In this document: positions 1-7,433 of the stretch, in pieces
Numbering within the stretch: position 1 is the stretch's first letter
How the letters are laid out: every line of letters starts with the position of its first letter
Virus record (IMG/VR): IMGVR_UViG_2700989170_000010
From: a virus
Taxonomy: Duplodnaviria; Heunggongvirae; Uroviricota; Caudoviricetes
Direction: 5' to 3' (one strand)
DNA: 13,190 nucleotides
Translations under genes and position numbers: made by a program
The notes under the pieces: generated by a model
Told to the model about the DNA's origin: nothing
The model's input: only the letters and a program-made list of their open reading frames with translations
Database searches by the model: none

Positions 1-483
1 AATATCTGCGGCAGCGGGCTTGTAATGGGTTAAGTGATAACAGATGTCTGGAAATATAAGGGCAAATCCAGCATCATGTTCGAACACCACTCCAACATCT
101 GTTTGAACACCTGTTAAATTTCTCTCTTGTTTTGTTTGAACATCTGCTTCCTTTCTGCTTCTTCTGGCCTGAACAGATGCTTTTCCTGCGGCTGATTTTT
201 TGGTTAATTTTTCTCTGACAGATGCCAGATCTTCCTCAATCCGAAGATGCATCCATTCGTCGCCGTTATCACAAAAAAACTCCCGCAAGGATGGTTCAAC
301 ATCAACCCATCGCTCGTTAGTCAGACGGGCAATTTTTGCCAACCTGTTTTTGGGTATTGGCTTTCCTGTTTGCCAGTAATTGAACATCAGCAACAAATAC
401 GCGCCGTGCTCCTCTGCTGACAAATGCATGGTGTCAGCCAGGTAATCAGCTATGTACAGTTGCATGTATGGTAATGCGGCCAT
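1..483 (-). CDS. DUF1376-family phage/prophage protein (replication-module type), N-terminal 161 codons; 3' end runs off the window start
   Basis: Absent from the supplied ORF track because it runs off the window. Reverse-strand translation from ATG (complement of 481-483) is open to position 1: MAALPYMQLYIADYLADTMHLSAEEHGAYLLLMFNYWQTGKPIPKNRLAKIARLTNERWVDVEPSLREFFCDNGDEWMHLRIEEDL... This matches the YIxDYLxDT...EEHGAY...W signature I associate with DUF1376. Family assignment is from memory. Confidence 0.65.
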   Translation of the reverse strand, partial: MAALPYMQLYIADYLADTMHLSAEEHGAYLLLMFNYWQTGKPIPKNRLAKIARLTNERWVDVEPSLREFFCDNGDEWMHLRIEEDLASVREKLTKKSAAGKASVQARRSRKEADVQTKQERNLTGVQTDVGVVFEHDAGFALIFPDICYHLTHYKPAAADI

Positions 484-580
484 AATTGCCCCGTATGATG
501 CTACCCGGTTGCTTAGAATAAGTGAGGTAGCCTGAGTTTAACGGACACTCCTTCCTGAAATAGAATGGCATCAGAAGGAG

Positions 581-590
581 NNNNNNNNNN
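581..590. other. assembly gap (10 N), contig join of unknown true size
   Basis: Run of 10 N. Sequence on the two sides belongs to unrelated contexts (phage gene versus curA upstream region). Confidence 0.9.
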
Positions 591-706
591 GGATTCCTCG
601 ATGAAATTATTGCGTGTTGCAGAGGGGATGTGACGGCTGCAAACAAAACCAATCCCGTGAGCCTGCTACTATTGATGGATTCATGCCAAAAGCACAGGAG
701 AGCATT

Positions 707-1806
707 ATGGGGCAACAAAAGCAGCGTAATCGACGTTGGGTTCTGGCCTCGCGTCCACATGGCGCACCGGTTCCGGAGAATTTCCGTCTTGAAGAAGATG
801 ATGTCGCCACACCGGGTGAAGGACAGGTGTTACTGCGCACAGTTTATTTGTCCCTGGACCCGTATATGCGTGGACGTATGAGCGATGAGCCATCTTATTC
901 ACCGCCGGTTGATATTGGCGGCGTGATGGTCGGCGGTACGGTGAGCCGTGTCGTGGAGTCGAATCATCCTGATTATCAGCCTGGCGACTGGGTGCTGGGC
1001 TACAGTGGATGGCAGGACTATGACATATCCAGTGGTGATGACCTGGTGAAACTTGGCGATCATCCGCAAAATCCATCGTGGTCGCTGGGTGTGCTGGGGA
1101 TGCCAGGCTTTACCGCTTATATGGGGCTGCTGGATATCGGTCAGCCTAAAGAGGGCGAAACGTTGGTGGTAGCTGCGGCGACAGAACCAGTGGGGGCGAC
1201 GGGGGGGCAAATCGGCAAACTTAAAGGGTGCAGAGTGGNNNNNNNNNNNNNNNNNNNNNNNNNNNNNNNNNNNNNNNNNNNNNNNNNNNNNNNNNNNNNN
1301 NNNNNNNNNNNNNNNNNNNNNNNNNNNNNNNNNNNNNNNNNNNNNNNNNNNNNNNNNNTGTTTGCCTTGATCACCACGCGGACGATTTTGCCGAACAACT
1401 GGCGAAAGCGTGCCCAAAAGGTATTGATATCTATTATGAAAACGTGGGCGGTAAGGTATTTGATGCAGTGCTACCATTACTTAATACATCTGCGCGCATT
1501 CCCGTTTGTGGCTTAGTGAGCAGCTATAACGCTACAGAGCTACCACCCGGTCCGGATCGTTTACCCCTGTTGATGGCAACGGTGCTGAAAAAACGTATTC
1601 GCTTGCAAGGGTTTATTATCGCTCAGGATTATGGTCACCGCATCCATGAGTTTCAGAAGGAGATGGGGCAATGGGTGAAAGAGGATAAAATCCACTACCG
1701 CGAAGATATTACTGATGGTTTAGAGAATGCGCCACAGACGTTTATCGGCCTGCTGAAGGGTAAAAACTTCGGCAAAGTGGTGATCCGCGTCGCGGGTGAT
1801 GATTAA
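707..1806 (+). CDS. curA: NADPH-dependent curcumin/dihydrocurcumin reductase CurA (YncB), medium-chain dehydrogenase/reductase family; coding sequence interrupted by N-run 1239-1358
   Basis: ATG at 707 preceded by AGGAGA (694-699). Translation MGQQKQRNRRWVLASRPHGAPVPENFRLEEDD...GQIGKLKGCRV, then after the N-run VCLDHHADDFAEQLAKACPKGIDIYYENVGGKVFDAVLPLL...GKVVIRVAGDD, stop TAA 1804-1806. Matches E. coli CurA as I recall it. The ORF track splits it into 614..1516 and 1228..1806 only because of the N-run. Confidence 0.88.
1239..1358. other. assembly gap (120 N) inside curA
   Basis: 120 N. Flanking codons (…CRV before, VCLDHH… after) imply about 58 nt of real sequence is missing, so the N-run length is a placeholder and not a measured size. 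Confidence 0.9.
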
Positions 1807-1828
1807 AGTTTCAACGGCGGGGGGAGCC

Positions 1829-1940
1829 NNNNNNNNNNNNNNNNNNNNNNNNNNNNNNNNNNNNNNNNNNNNNNNNNNNNNNNNNNNNNNNNNNNNNNNN
1901 NNNNNNNNNNNNNNNNNNNNNNNNNNNNNNNNNNNNNNNN
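1829..1940. other. assembly gap (112 N) in the curA-mcbR intergenic region
   Basis: Run of 112 N between the curA stop and the mcbR upstream sequence. Confidence 0.9.
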
Positions 1941-2060
1941 ATTGTTCTGCTGCTAATAACAACAAAGGTGGGTGGTTTATGATTATTCACTTTAATACAC
2001 TAGGTGAACTCCTTCTGCCATGCAGGCAGGGTTGGACAGAAAACACGCGAAGGAATTAAA

Positions 2061-2726
2061 ATGCCTGGAACGGGAAAAATGAAACATGTCAGTTTGACTC
2101 TGCAGGTTGAGAACGACCTGAAACATCAGCTTAGTATTGGCGCATTAAAACCTGGCGCACGCCTGATTACTAAAAATCTGGCGGAGCAATTAGGTATGAG
2201 TATTACACCTGTGCGTGAAGCATTATTACGTCTGGTTTCGGTGAATGCGCTTTCTGTCGCACCTGCACAAGCATTTACAGTACCGGAAGTGAGGCAAAGT
2301 CAGTTAGACGAAATCAATCGGATCCGCTACGAACTGGAATTAATGGCAGTTGCCCTGGCTGTTGAAAACCTCTCCTCGCAAGACATAGCAGAACTTCAGG
2401 AATTGCTCGGGAAATTACAGCAGGCGCAAGAAAAGGGCGACATGGAACAAATCATTAATGTGAACAGGCTATTTCGCTTAGCGATTTATCATCGCTCAAA
2501 TATGCCCATCCTGTGTGAGATGATTGAGCAACTGTGGATCAGGATGGGACCTGCTTTACATTATCTTTATGAAGCGATTAACCCAGCGGAATTACGGGAG
2601 CGCATAGAAAACTATCATCTATTACTCGCTGCGTTAAAAGCAAAAGACAAAGAGGGATGCAAACATTGTCTTGCTGAAATTATGCAACAAAATATTGCTA
2701 TTTTATACCAGCAATACAATCGTTAA
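2061..2726 (+). CDS. mcbR: GntR/FadR-family transcriptional regulator McbR (YncC)
   Basis: ATG 2061 with GAAGGA 6 nt upstream. Translation MPGTGKMKHVSLTLQVENDLKHQL...LAEQLGMSITPVREALLRL (GntR-type HTH) ...AEIMQQNIAILYQQYNR, stop TAA 2724-2726. The ORF-track start at 2004 is an upstream in-frame extension; 2079 is an alternative start. Confidence 0.82.
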   Translation: MPGTGKMKHVSLTLQVENDLKHQLSIGALKPGARLITKNLAEQLGMSITPVREALLRLVSVNALSVAPAQAFTVPEVRQSQLDEINRIRYELELMAVALAVENLSSQDIAELQELLGKLQQAQEKGDMEQIINVNRLFRLAIYHRSNMPILCEMIEQLWIRMGPALHYLYEAINPAELRERIENYHLLLAALKAKDKEGCKHCLAEIMQQNIAILYQQYNR

Positions 2727-2731
2727 ATTAA

Positions 2732-2753
2732 ATGCCCGGCAAATACCGGGCAT
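2732..2753. terminator. perfect 8-bp stem / 6-nt loop hairpin after mcbR; putative bidirectional terminator
   Basis: ATGCCCGG (2732-2739), loop CAAATA, CCGGGCAT (2746-2753). Lies 5 nt after the mcbR stop. The flanks are A/T-rich, more so on the minus-strand side. Confidence 0.5.
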
Positions 2754-2760
2754 CAAGTAA

Positions 2761-2863
2761 TTACTCAAATCGCCACGCAATATTCATGCCGACACCATAA
2801 TTTCGTTCATCGATAGGAATTAAAACCCCAAAAAGATTAAAAAAACACCACAAAACGGATGTT
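2761..2863 (-). CDS. possible 3' end of a convergent gene (TonB-dependent receptor-like C-terminus, yncD-like), truncated by the N-run
   Basis: Minus-strand frame is open from the gap to stop (complement of 2761-2763): ...FNLFGVLIPIDERNYGVGMNIAWRFE*. The NLF and RNYG...WRF motifs resemble TonB-dependent receptor C-termini, and in E. coli K-12 yncD is convergent with mcbR (recall). Only 34 codons are visible, so this is weak. Confidence 0.3.
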
Positions 2864-2873
2864 NNNNNNNNNN
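2864..2873. other. assembly gap (10 N); boundary between chromosomal curA-mcbR contig and phage head-module contig
   Basis: Run of 10 N. Gene content changes abruptly across it. Confidence 0.9.
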
Positions 2874-2874
2874 A

Positions 2875-3384
2875 ATCATCAAACTGTCTTGGATAGAAGC
2901 CGCAGTGGATGCGCACAAAACGTTAAATTTCGAACCCAGTGGAAGAAAGCGTATTGGCTTTGACGTGGCTGACAGTGGTACAGATAAGTGCGCTAACGTT
3001 TACCGTCACGGATCCGTTGTTTTCTGGGCCGACGAATGGAAGGCCAAAGAAGATGAATTACTGAAGAGCTGCCAGCGTACTTATCAGGCGGCGCTGGAGC
3101 GTGAAGCAGATATTGTTTACGACTCTATCGGTGTTGGTGCGTCTGCCGGTGCTAAATTCTCTGAAATTAACGCTGACCGGAAGAGCGAGAACGCATACGC
3201 GCGACGTGTGAATTACCAGAGGTTTAACGCCGGTGCTGGTGTGCATGAGCCAGATGACGAGTACAACGGCATCCCCAACAAAGACTTTTTCGCAAATCTT
3301 AAGGCTCAGGCATGGTGGCTGACCGTTTCAGAAATACGTTTAACGCCATTAACAACGGAGAACAGTATCCTGTGGATGAGCTGA
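2875..3384 (+). CDS. terminase large subunit, C-terminal nuclease-domain segment (frame A); 5' part of the gene lost in the gap
   Basis: Frame is open from the first base after the gap: IIKLSWIEAAVDAHKTLNFEPSGRKRIGFDVADSGTDKCANVYRHGSVVFWADEW...FFANLKAQAWW. The GxDxAxxGxD motif is typical of terminase large-subunit RNaseH-like nuclease domains. The ORF track starts it at GTG 2905. Confidence 0.7.
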   Translation: MIKLSWIEAAVDAHKTLNFEPSGRKRIGFDVADSGTDKCANVYRHGSVVFWADEWKAKEDELLKSCQRTYQAALEREADIVYDSIGVGASAGAKFSEINADRKSENAYARRVNYQRFNAGAGVHEPDDEYNGIPNKDFFANLKAQAWWLTVSEIRLTPLTTENSILWMS

Positions 3385-3605
3385 TCAGCATAGATTCTCG
3401 TTGTCCGTTGCTTGAAAAGCTGAAACTGGAACTGACAACACCTCATCGTGATTTCGACCGTAACGGACGTGTGATGGTCGAAAGTAAAAAAGACCTCGCA
3501 AAACGCGAGATACCGTCACCAAACGTTGCTGATGCATTCATTATGGCCTTCGCGCCAATCGATACATCGCTGGATATCTGGGAACAGCTGGGGAGACAGG
3601 CCTGA
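3312..3605 (+). CDS. terminase large subunit, extreme C-terminal segment (frame B), continuation of the previous segment after a frame change
   Basis: Translation ...ADRFRNTFNAINNGEQYPVDELISIDSRCPLLEKLKLELTTPHRDFDRNGRVMVESKKDLAKREIPSPNVADAFIMAFAPI... matches the conserved C-terminal tail of terminase large subunits (…G.v.vESK.D.kKR...SP..ADA..maf). Stop TGA 3603-3605 overlaps the portal ATG (TGATG). Confidence 0.65.
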   Translation: MVADRFRNTFNAINNGEQYPVDELISIDSRCPLLEKLKLELTTPHRDFDRNGRVMVESKKDLAKREIPSPNVADAFIMAFAPIDTSLDIWEQLGRQA

Positions 3606-5071
3606 TGGCACGAAACAAACAAGCCCTGCGGCGAACTGTGCAGGCCACAGCTGATGGTTATGAGAATTTTATTGCCCGAGTAGGGATGCAGACACCTAAC
3701 CAGCACTCAGCATCCACCTACCGGGCTAATTTCACCAGTCGTAACCGCATGCTGGTGGAATGGTCCTATCGTTCATCCTGGATCATCGGCGAAGCAGTCG
3801 ATGCTATCCCGGATGATATGACCCGCAAAGGCATTCGCATCACTTCGGAAATTGATGCAAAAGATCGTGGCATTCTCGAATCACAACTGGATGAGTTGCA
3901 AATCTGGGATGCGCTGAATGACGTGCTGAAATGGTCGCGCCTCTACGGCGGCGCGGTGGGTTTCATCATGATTGAGGGGCAGGCACCAATGACCCCGCTG
4001 CGACCCGAAACCATCGGTAAGGGCAAGTTTAAGGGGATTCTCCCGCTCGACCGCTGGATGGTCGACCCGGCACTGACCCGCCGCATTAAAGATATGGGGC
4101 CGGACCTGGGTAAACCTGAGTTTTACGATGTGGTGACCACAGCAACGGGAATTCCTGCCTGGCGCATTCATCACAGTCGCCTGATTCGCTTTGATGGCGT
4201 CACGTTGCCATTTCAGCAGAAGATGACCGAGAACGAATGGGGAATGTCGGTTGTAGAGCGTATCTGGGATCGTCTTACCGCGTTCGACAGCGCTACTGTC
4301 GGCGCGGCGCAGCTGGTCTACAAGGCGCATTTGCGTACCTACAGCGTGGAGAAGCTACGCGAGCTTATCGCACTTGGTGGTCCTGCGTATGAAGCGTTGC
4401 TGAAGAATATCGACCTGATTCGACAGTTCCAGAGTAATGAAGGCATGACGCTCATGGACTCGCGGGATAAGTTTGAAACCCATCAGTACAGCTTCAGTGG
4501 TCTGGATGACATCCTTTCGCAGTTTGCAGAACAGATTAGTGGCGCTGTTGGTATCCCACTGGTGCGGTTGTTCGGACAGTCCCCGAAAGGATTTTCTACC
4601 GGTGATGCAGACCTTGCCAACTATTACGATCGCATCAGTTCGTTGCAGGAGAGGCGTTTACGTCTTCCGGTGCGGCGGATACTGGACATCATGCATCGTT
4701 CGGAACTTGGCAAGCCGCTGCCGGACGATTTCACGTTTGAGTTTAACCCGCTCTGGCAAATGTCTGATGTCGATCGCTCAACGGTGGCGTTAAACACCAC
4801 CAACGCAATCAGTACGGCGATGGGTGATGGTCTGATGACACTGAAAGCCGCTATGACTGATTTGCGAGAAAATTCTGACGTAACCGGCATAGGGGCATCC
4901 ATTACCAACGAGGACATCGAGAATGCCGAAGATGAAGCGCCGCCCGGCATCGGCGAACCTGATGACGAACCGCAGGAGCCGTCAGGCGGAAATCCGGTAT
5001 CGAACCAGCCTACGCAGGATAGCGAGGGCGGTCGGAGACATCGTAAATGGTCGCTACGATGGTTCAAATGA
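3605..5071 (+). CDS. phage portal protein (putative; DUF1073/portal-like) with acidic Pro-rich C-terminal tail
   Basis: 488-aa ORF immediately after the terminase with a translationally coupled start (TGATG). Size and position fit a portal. C-terminus EDEAPPGIGEPDDEPQEPSGGNPVSNQPTQDSEGG is a disordered acidic tail. Confidence 0.7.
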   Translation: MARNKQALRRTVQATADGYENFIARVGMQTPNQHSASTYRANFTSRNRMLVEWSYRSSWIIGEAVDAIPDDMTRKGIRITSEIDAKDRGILESQLDELQIWDALNDVLKWSRLYGGAVGFIMIEGQAPMTPLRPETIGKGKFKGILPLDRWMVDPALTRRIKDMGPDLGKPEFYDVVTTATGIPAWRIHHSRLIRFDGVTLPFQQKMTENEWGMSVVERIWDRLTAFDSATVGAAQLVYKAHLRTYSVEKLRELIALGGPAYEALLKNIDLIRQFQSNEGMTLMDSRDKFETHQYSFSGLDDILSQFAEQISGAVGIPLVRLFGQSPKGFSTGDADLANYYDRISSLQERRLRLPVRRILDIMHRSELGKPLPDDFTFEFNPLWQMSDVDRSTVALNTTNAISTAMGDGLMTLKAAMTDLRENSDVTGIGASITNEDIENAEDEAPPGIGEPDDEPQEPSGGNPVSNQPTQDSEGGRRHRKWSLRWFK

Positions 5072-5705
5072 CAGTATCACGGAAATTATTGCGGCGCTGG
5101 AGCGTTACAGTGAAATCATCACCCCCTGGGCGACAAAGGTCGCGGAAAACTTTACTGCGGACCTAACCCGGCAGAACGAGAAAGTTTGGCGGCAACACAG
5201 CAAGAACATCAGTCGCGAGCTCCGCAATCTTGTGGAAAGCGCTCCTGTGGGCCAGGTGATGCAATCCATCATCGCCGAACAGGTCAAGTACATCAAATCT
5301 CTGCCTCTCGAGGCCGCAGACAGGGTGTACGACATCCAGAACAAAGCGATAGAGGCTGTTGTCACCGGTGGTCGGGCGGAGCAGTTTGCTAAAGAGATTG
5401 CATCTACCGGCGATGTTGCTAAGTCTAGGGCCGATCTGATTGCCCGAACGGAACTGGGAAGAGCAACGGGCGCGCTGGATATGGCCCGAGCGATAGCTAT
5501 TGGCTCGGATGGTTATATTTGGCGTACAGCCGATGATGGCGATGTCCGAGATTCCCACGATCACATGAAAGGTAAATTCGTCCGCTGGGATTCACCTCCA
5601 ACTTTGGACGGCATGACCGGCCACGCGGGCGAGCTGCCAAACTGCCGCTGCTATAAAGAGATCGTGTTTGTTCGCGTTCCATTCGCAATGAAAAGGGCAG
5701 CATAA
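4923..5705 (+). CDS. phage head morphogenesis / minor head protein, Mu gpF-like (SPP1 gp7-like)
   Basis: C-terminal region ARTELGRATGALDMARAIAIGSDGYIWRTADDGDVRDSHDHMKGKFVRWDSPPTLDGMTGHAGELPNCRCY carries the Phage_Mu_F hallmarks (ARTE..., D.RVR.SH, P.CRC). Start is uncertain (ATG 4923 or ATG 4962). This frame is closed upstream at TAG 4890-4892. Confidence 0.8.
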   Translation: MPKMKRRPASANLMTNRRSRQAEIRYRTSLRRIARAVGDIVNGRYDGSNDSITEIIAALERYSEIITPWATKVAENFTADLTRQNEKVWRQHSKNISRELRNLVESAPVGQVMQSIIAEQVKYIKSLPLEAADRVYDIQNKAIEAVVTGGRAEQFAKEIASTGDVAKSRADLIARTELGRATGALDMARAIAIGSDGYIWRTADDGDVRDSHDHMKGKFVRWDSPPTLDGMTGHAGELPNCRCYKEIVFVRVPFAMKRAA

Positions 5706-5708
5706 CCC

Positions 5709-6929
5709 ATGAAATACTTTTTTGAGACCAGGCTCGGGGAAACCCGATACCGCCTGGCTGACGGCTCGTTGCTGTGCAAAGACGTGCCGATAGGACGAAC
5801 AGGTAAGCAGCTCTATGGTGCTGATGACCTGCCAAAACTGAAACCCGATAAGTTCGTTGAAATAGTCGTCACGCGTTCTCCTGAGCAGGTATTCCATCCG
5901 GCCACGCTTGCCTCATTCGAAGGGATGAGCATCACGATCCTGCATCCTGAAGATGAAAACGGGAATGTGCGGCTGGTAAATCCCGAGAACTGGAAAGTGC
6001 TTGCTGTCGGGCACCTCCAGAATGTCCGGCGCGGGACGGGTGAGCAGTCTGATTTGATGCTGGCTGACCTTATCGTCAAAGACGAAAGCGCCATTCAGCT
6101 TATCGAAGATGGCCTGCGCGAAGTGTCGTGCGGCTATGACGCGGAGTACGAGCAGACCGAGCCAGGTAAAGCCGAGCAGGTCGATATTACCGGAAACCAT
6201 GTGGCTCTTGTCCCTAAAGGCAGAGCCGGAAATCGTTGTGCAATTGGAGACAGAGACACAATGGCAAATCAAAAGAAAAACTGGTGGAACCGCATGCGTG
6301 CGGCCATCAAGACAGGAGATGCCGACACCATGAACGAACTGGTGGAGTCGGCTCCCGCATCGGTTACAGGAGATGAGGGGGATTTGCCGCAGGGCGTTAA
6401 TCTCAACATCAACCTGTCCCCGCAGCAACCACTACCGGACAAAGCACCAGAGATGGGCGGAGATCCAACCGGCGACAGTGATGATGACCTCAAAACATTA
6501 CTGAAAGCCCTGCTGGCTAAGCTGGAAAGAAATGCCACGGGCGATAACGATAATAAGCCTGACGATAATCCGACCGGTGACGGCGAGGACGATGAAGAGG
6601 AAACCACGATTACTGGTGACTCAGCCTGGCGTGCCGAAGTTATCGTTCCGGGTATCGATCTGAGCCGTAAGATGAAACCGACCGCGTTCAAACGCGAGGT
6701 TCTGGCTTCTGCTGACAAAACGCTGGTTCGCCAGATAGTCGGTGATGCGGATATCCGCAAATTACCGAAACAATCGGTCGACATGGCGTTTAATGCCGTG
6801 TCTGAGGTTGCCAAAGGGCGAAACACCCGCGCCACCACCGGCGATGCACAGCGCCTAAACATGGGCATGACCAGTATCGCTTCCCTGAACAAACAAAACG
6901 CTGAATTCTGGGCAAACCGTAAAGGGTAA
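5709..6929 (+). CDS. putative prohead scaffolding-type protein (possibly DUF2213-like N-terminal domain) with acidic TGD-repeat low-complexity core
   Basis: 406-aa ORF between the MuF and capsid genes. Residues about 200-305 are strongly acidic and contain repeated TGD motifs (TGDAD, TGDEGD, PTGDSDDD, ATGDNDN, PTGDGEDDEEE, ITGD) plus an LKTLLKALLAKLE helix-like segment. Function is inferred from position and composition; the family name is a tentative recall. Confidence 0.5.
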   Translation: MKYFFETRLGETRYRLADGSLLCKDVPIGRTGKQLYGADDLPKLKPDKFVEIVVTRSPEQVFHPATLASFEGMSITILHPEDENGNVRLVNPENWKVLAVGHLQNVRRGTGEQSDLMLADLIVKDESAIQLIEDGLREVSCGYDAEYEQTEPGKAEQVDITGNHVALVPKGRAGNRCAIGDRDTMANQKKNWWNRMRAAIKTGDADTMNELVESAPASVTGDEGDLPQGVNLNINLSPQQPLPDKAPEMGGDPTGDSDDDLKTLLKALLAKLERNATGDNDNKPDDNPTGDGEDDEEETTITGDSAWRAEVIVPGIDLSRKMKPTAFKREVLASADKTLVRQIVGDADIRKLPKQSVDMAFNAVSEVAKGRNTRATTGDAQRLNMGMTSIASLNKQNAEFWANRKG

Positions 6930-6932
6930 AAA

Positions 6933-7289
6933 ATGAATAATGTATTTCTGTACCGGATGCCTGTTGGCATTGCCGGGGCTGTCTCTCGCCCGCAGGACTT
7001 AACCGTCGAACCGGTGGTCCTTAAATCCGATAACGCCTTCGCTGCCTATGGCCTGGCTGGTAAATACGATGATGACGGTTTTTTCGTGCCGCTGGCAGAT
7101 GGTGATACCGCAGACAAGGTGAAGGGGATCTACGTGCGCCCTTATCCGACCACGTCGCAGCCGGACATGGTTCGCCAGGTGGGAACAGGCAAGAACTTCC
7201 CGGGCGACGCCATGAAGCGTGGCTACGTGACCGTTAATCTCGGTTCTGATTTTGATGCCAGCACTATCAAAAAAGGCGATCTCCACTGA
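6933..7289 (+). CDS. small head-associated protein (possible decoration/accessory protein), apparently truncated by a frameshift at an A6 run
   Basis: 118-aa ORF MNNVFLYRMPVGIAGAVSRPQDLTVEPVVLK... ends at TGA 7287-7289, 13 nt after AAAAAA (7269-7274). The +1 frame continues open to 7422. Confidence 0.55.
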   Translation: MNNVFLYRMPVGIAGAVSRPQDLTVEPVVLKSDNAFAAYGLAGKYDDDGFFVPLADGDTADKVKGIYVRPYPTTSQPDMVRQVGTGKNFPGDAMKRGYVTVNLGSDFDASTIKKGDLH

Positions 7290-7422
7290 TGAATCCATCA
7301 AAGTGCCTCTGGGTGGATTCATGTCCACGTCAGTCAGTGGCAAAAACGTGGTGCTGACCAACGCTGAATTCACAGGTGCCGGTGATGCTGACGGCAATGC
7401 AGAAATTTCCTGGAAGATTTAA
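7270..7422 (+). CDS. probable frame-shifted C-terminal continuation of the 6933 gene
   Basis: The frame entered by skipping one base in the A6 run reads ...AISTDESIKVPLGGFMSTSVSGKNVVLTNAEFTGAGDADGNAEISWKI* with stop TAA 7420-7422, immediately before the RBS and ATG of the capsid gene. It fills an otherwise anomalous 144-nt gap in a tightly packed operon. Confidence 0.45.
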   Translation, partial: KKAISTDESIKVPLGGFMSTSVSGKNVVLTNAEFTGAGDADGNAEISWKI

Positions 7423-7433
7423 GGAACAGACGA

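Noticed and set aside
98-146. Direct repeat TGTTTGAACA(C/T)CTG at 98-113 and 131-146
   Set aside because: It is inside the DUF1376 coding region and corresponds to a short amino-acid repeat (…VQT…). There is no evidence for a regulatory role.
614-706. Upstream in-frame extension of curA (ORF track start at 614, MLQRGCDGCKQ...)
   Set aside because: No RBS at 614. ATG 707 has an AGGAGA Shine-Dalgarno and gives the MGQQKQ... N-terminus I recall for CurA.
899-2059. ORFs whose translations contain runs of X (899-1477, 1141-1398, 1720-1965, 1796-2059)
   Set aside because: They read through N-runs, so their continuity is an artefact of the gap placeholders.
2929-2937. TTCGAACCC T-loop-like motif suggesting a tRNA or att site at the phage block edge
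   Set aside because: It lies inside the terminase coding frame with no acceptor or anticodon stem arrangement around it. No tRNA could be folded anywhere in the window.
4923-5705. MuF-like protein as carrier of a C-terminal polymorphic toxin domain
   Set aside because: The protein ends about 40 residues after the conserved CRC motif and is followed 3 nt later by the next structural gene. There is no room for a toxin or immunity module.
3881-7397. Minus-strand ORFs inside the phage genes (3881-4330, 4624-5067, 5163-5564, 5497-5835, 5913-6428, 6269-6970, 6999-7397)
   Set aside because: All are fully antisense to better-supported plus-strand genes in a tightly packed operon. Their translations are low-complexity (Ser/Arg/Pro-rich) and lack RBSs. 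They are shadow ORFs.
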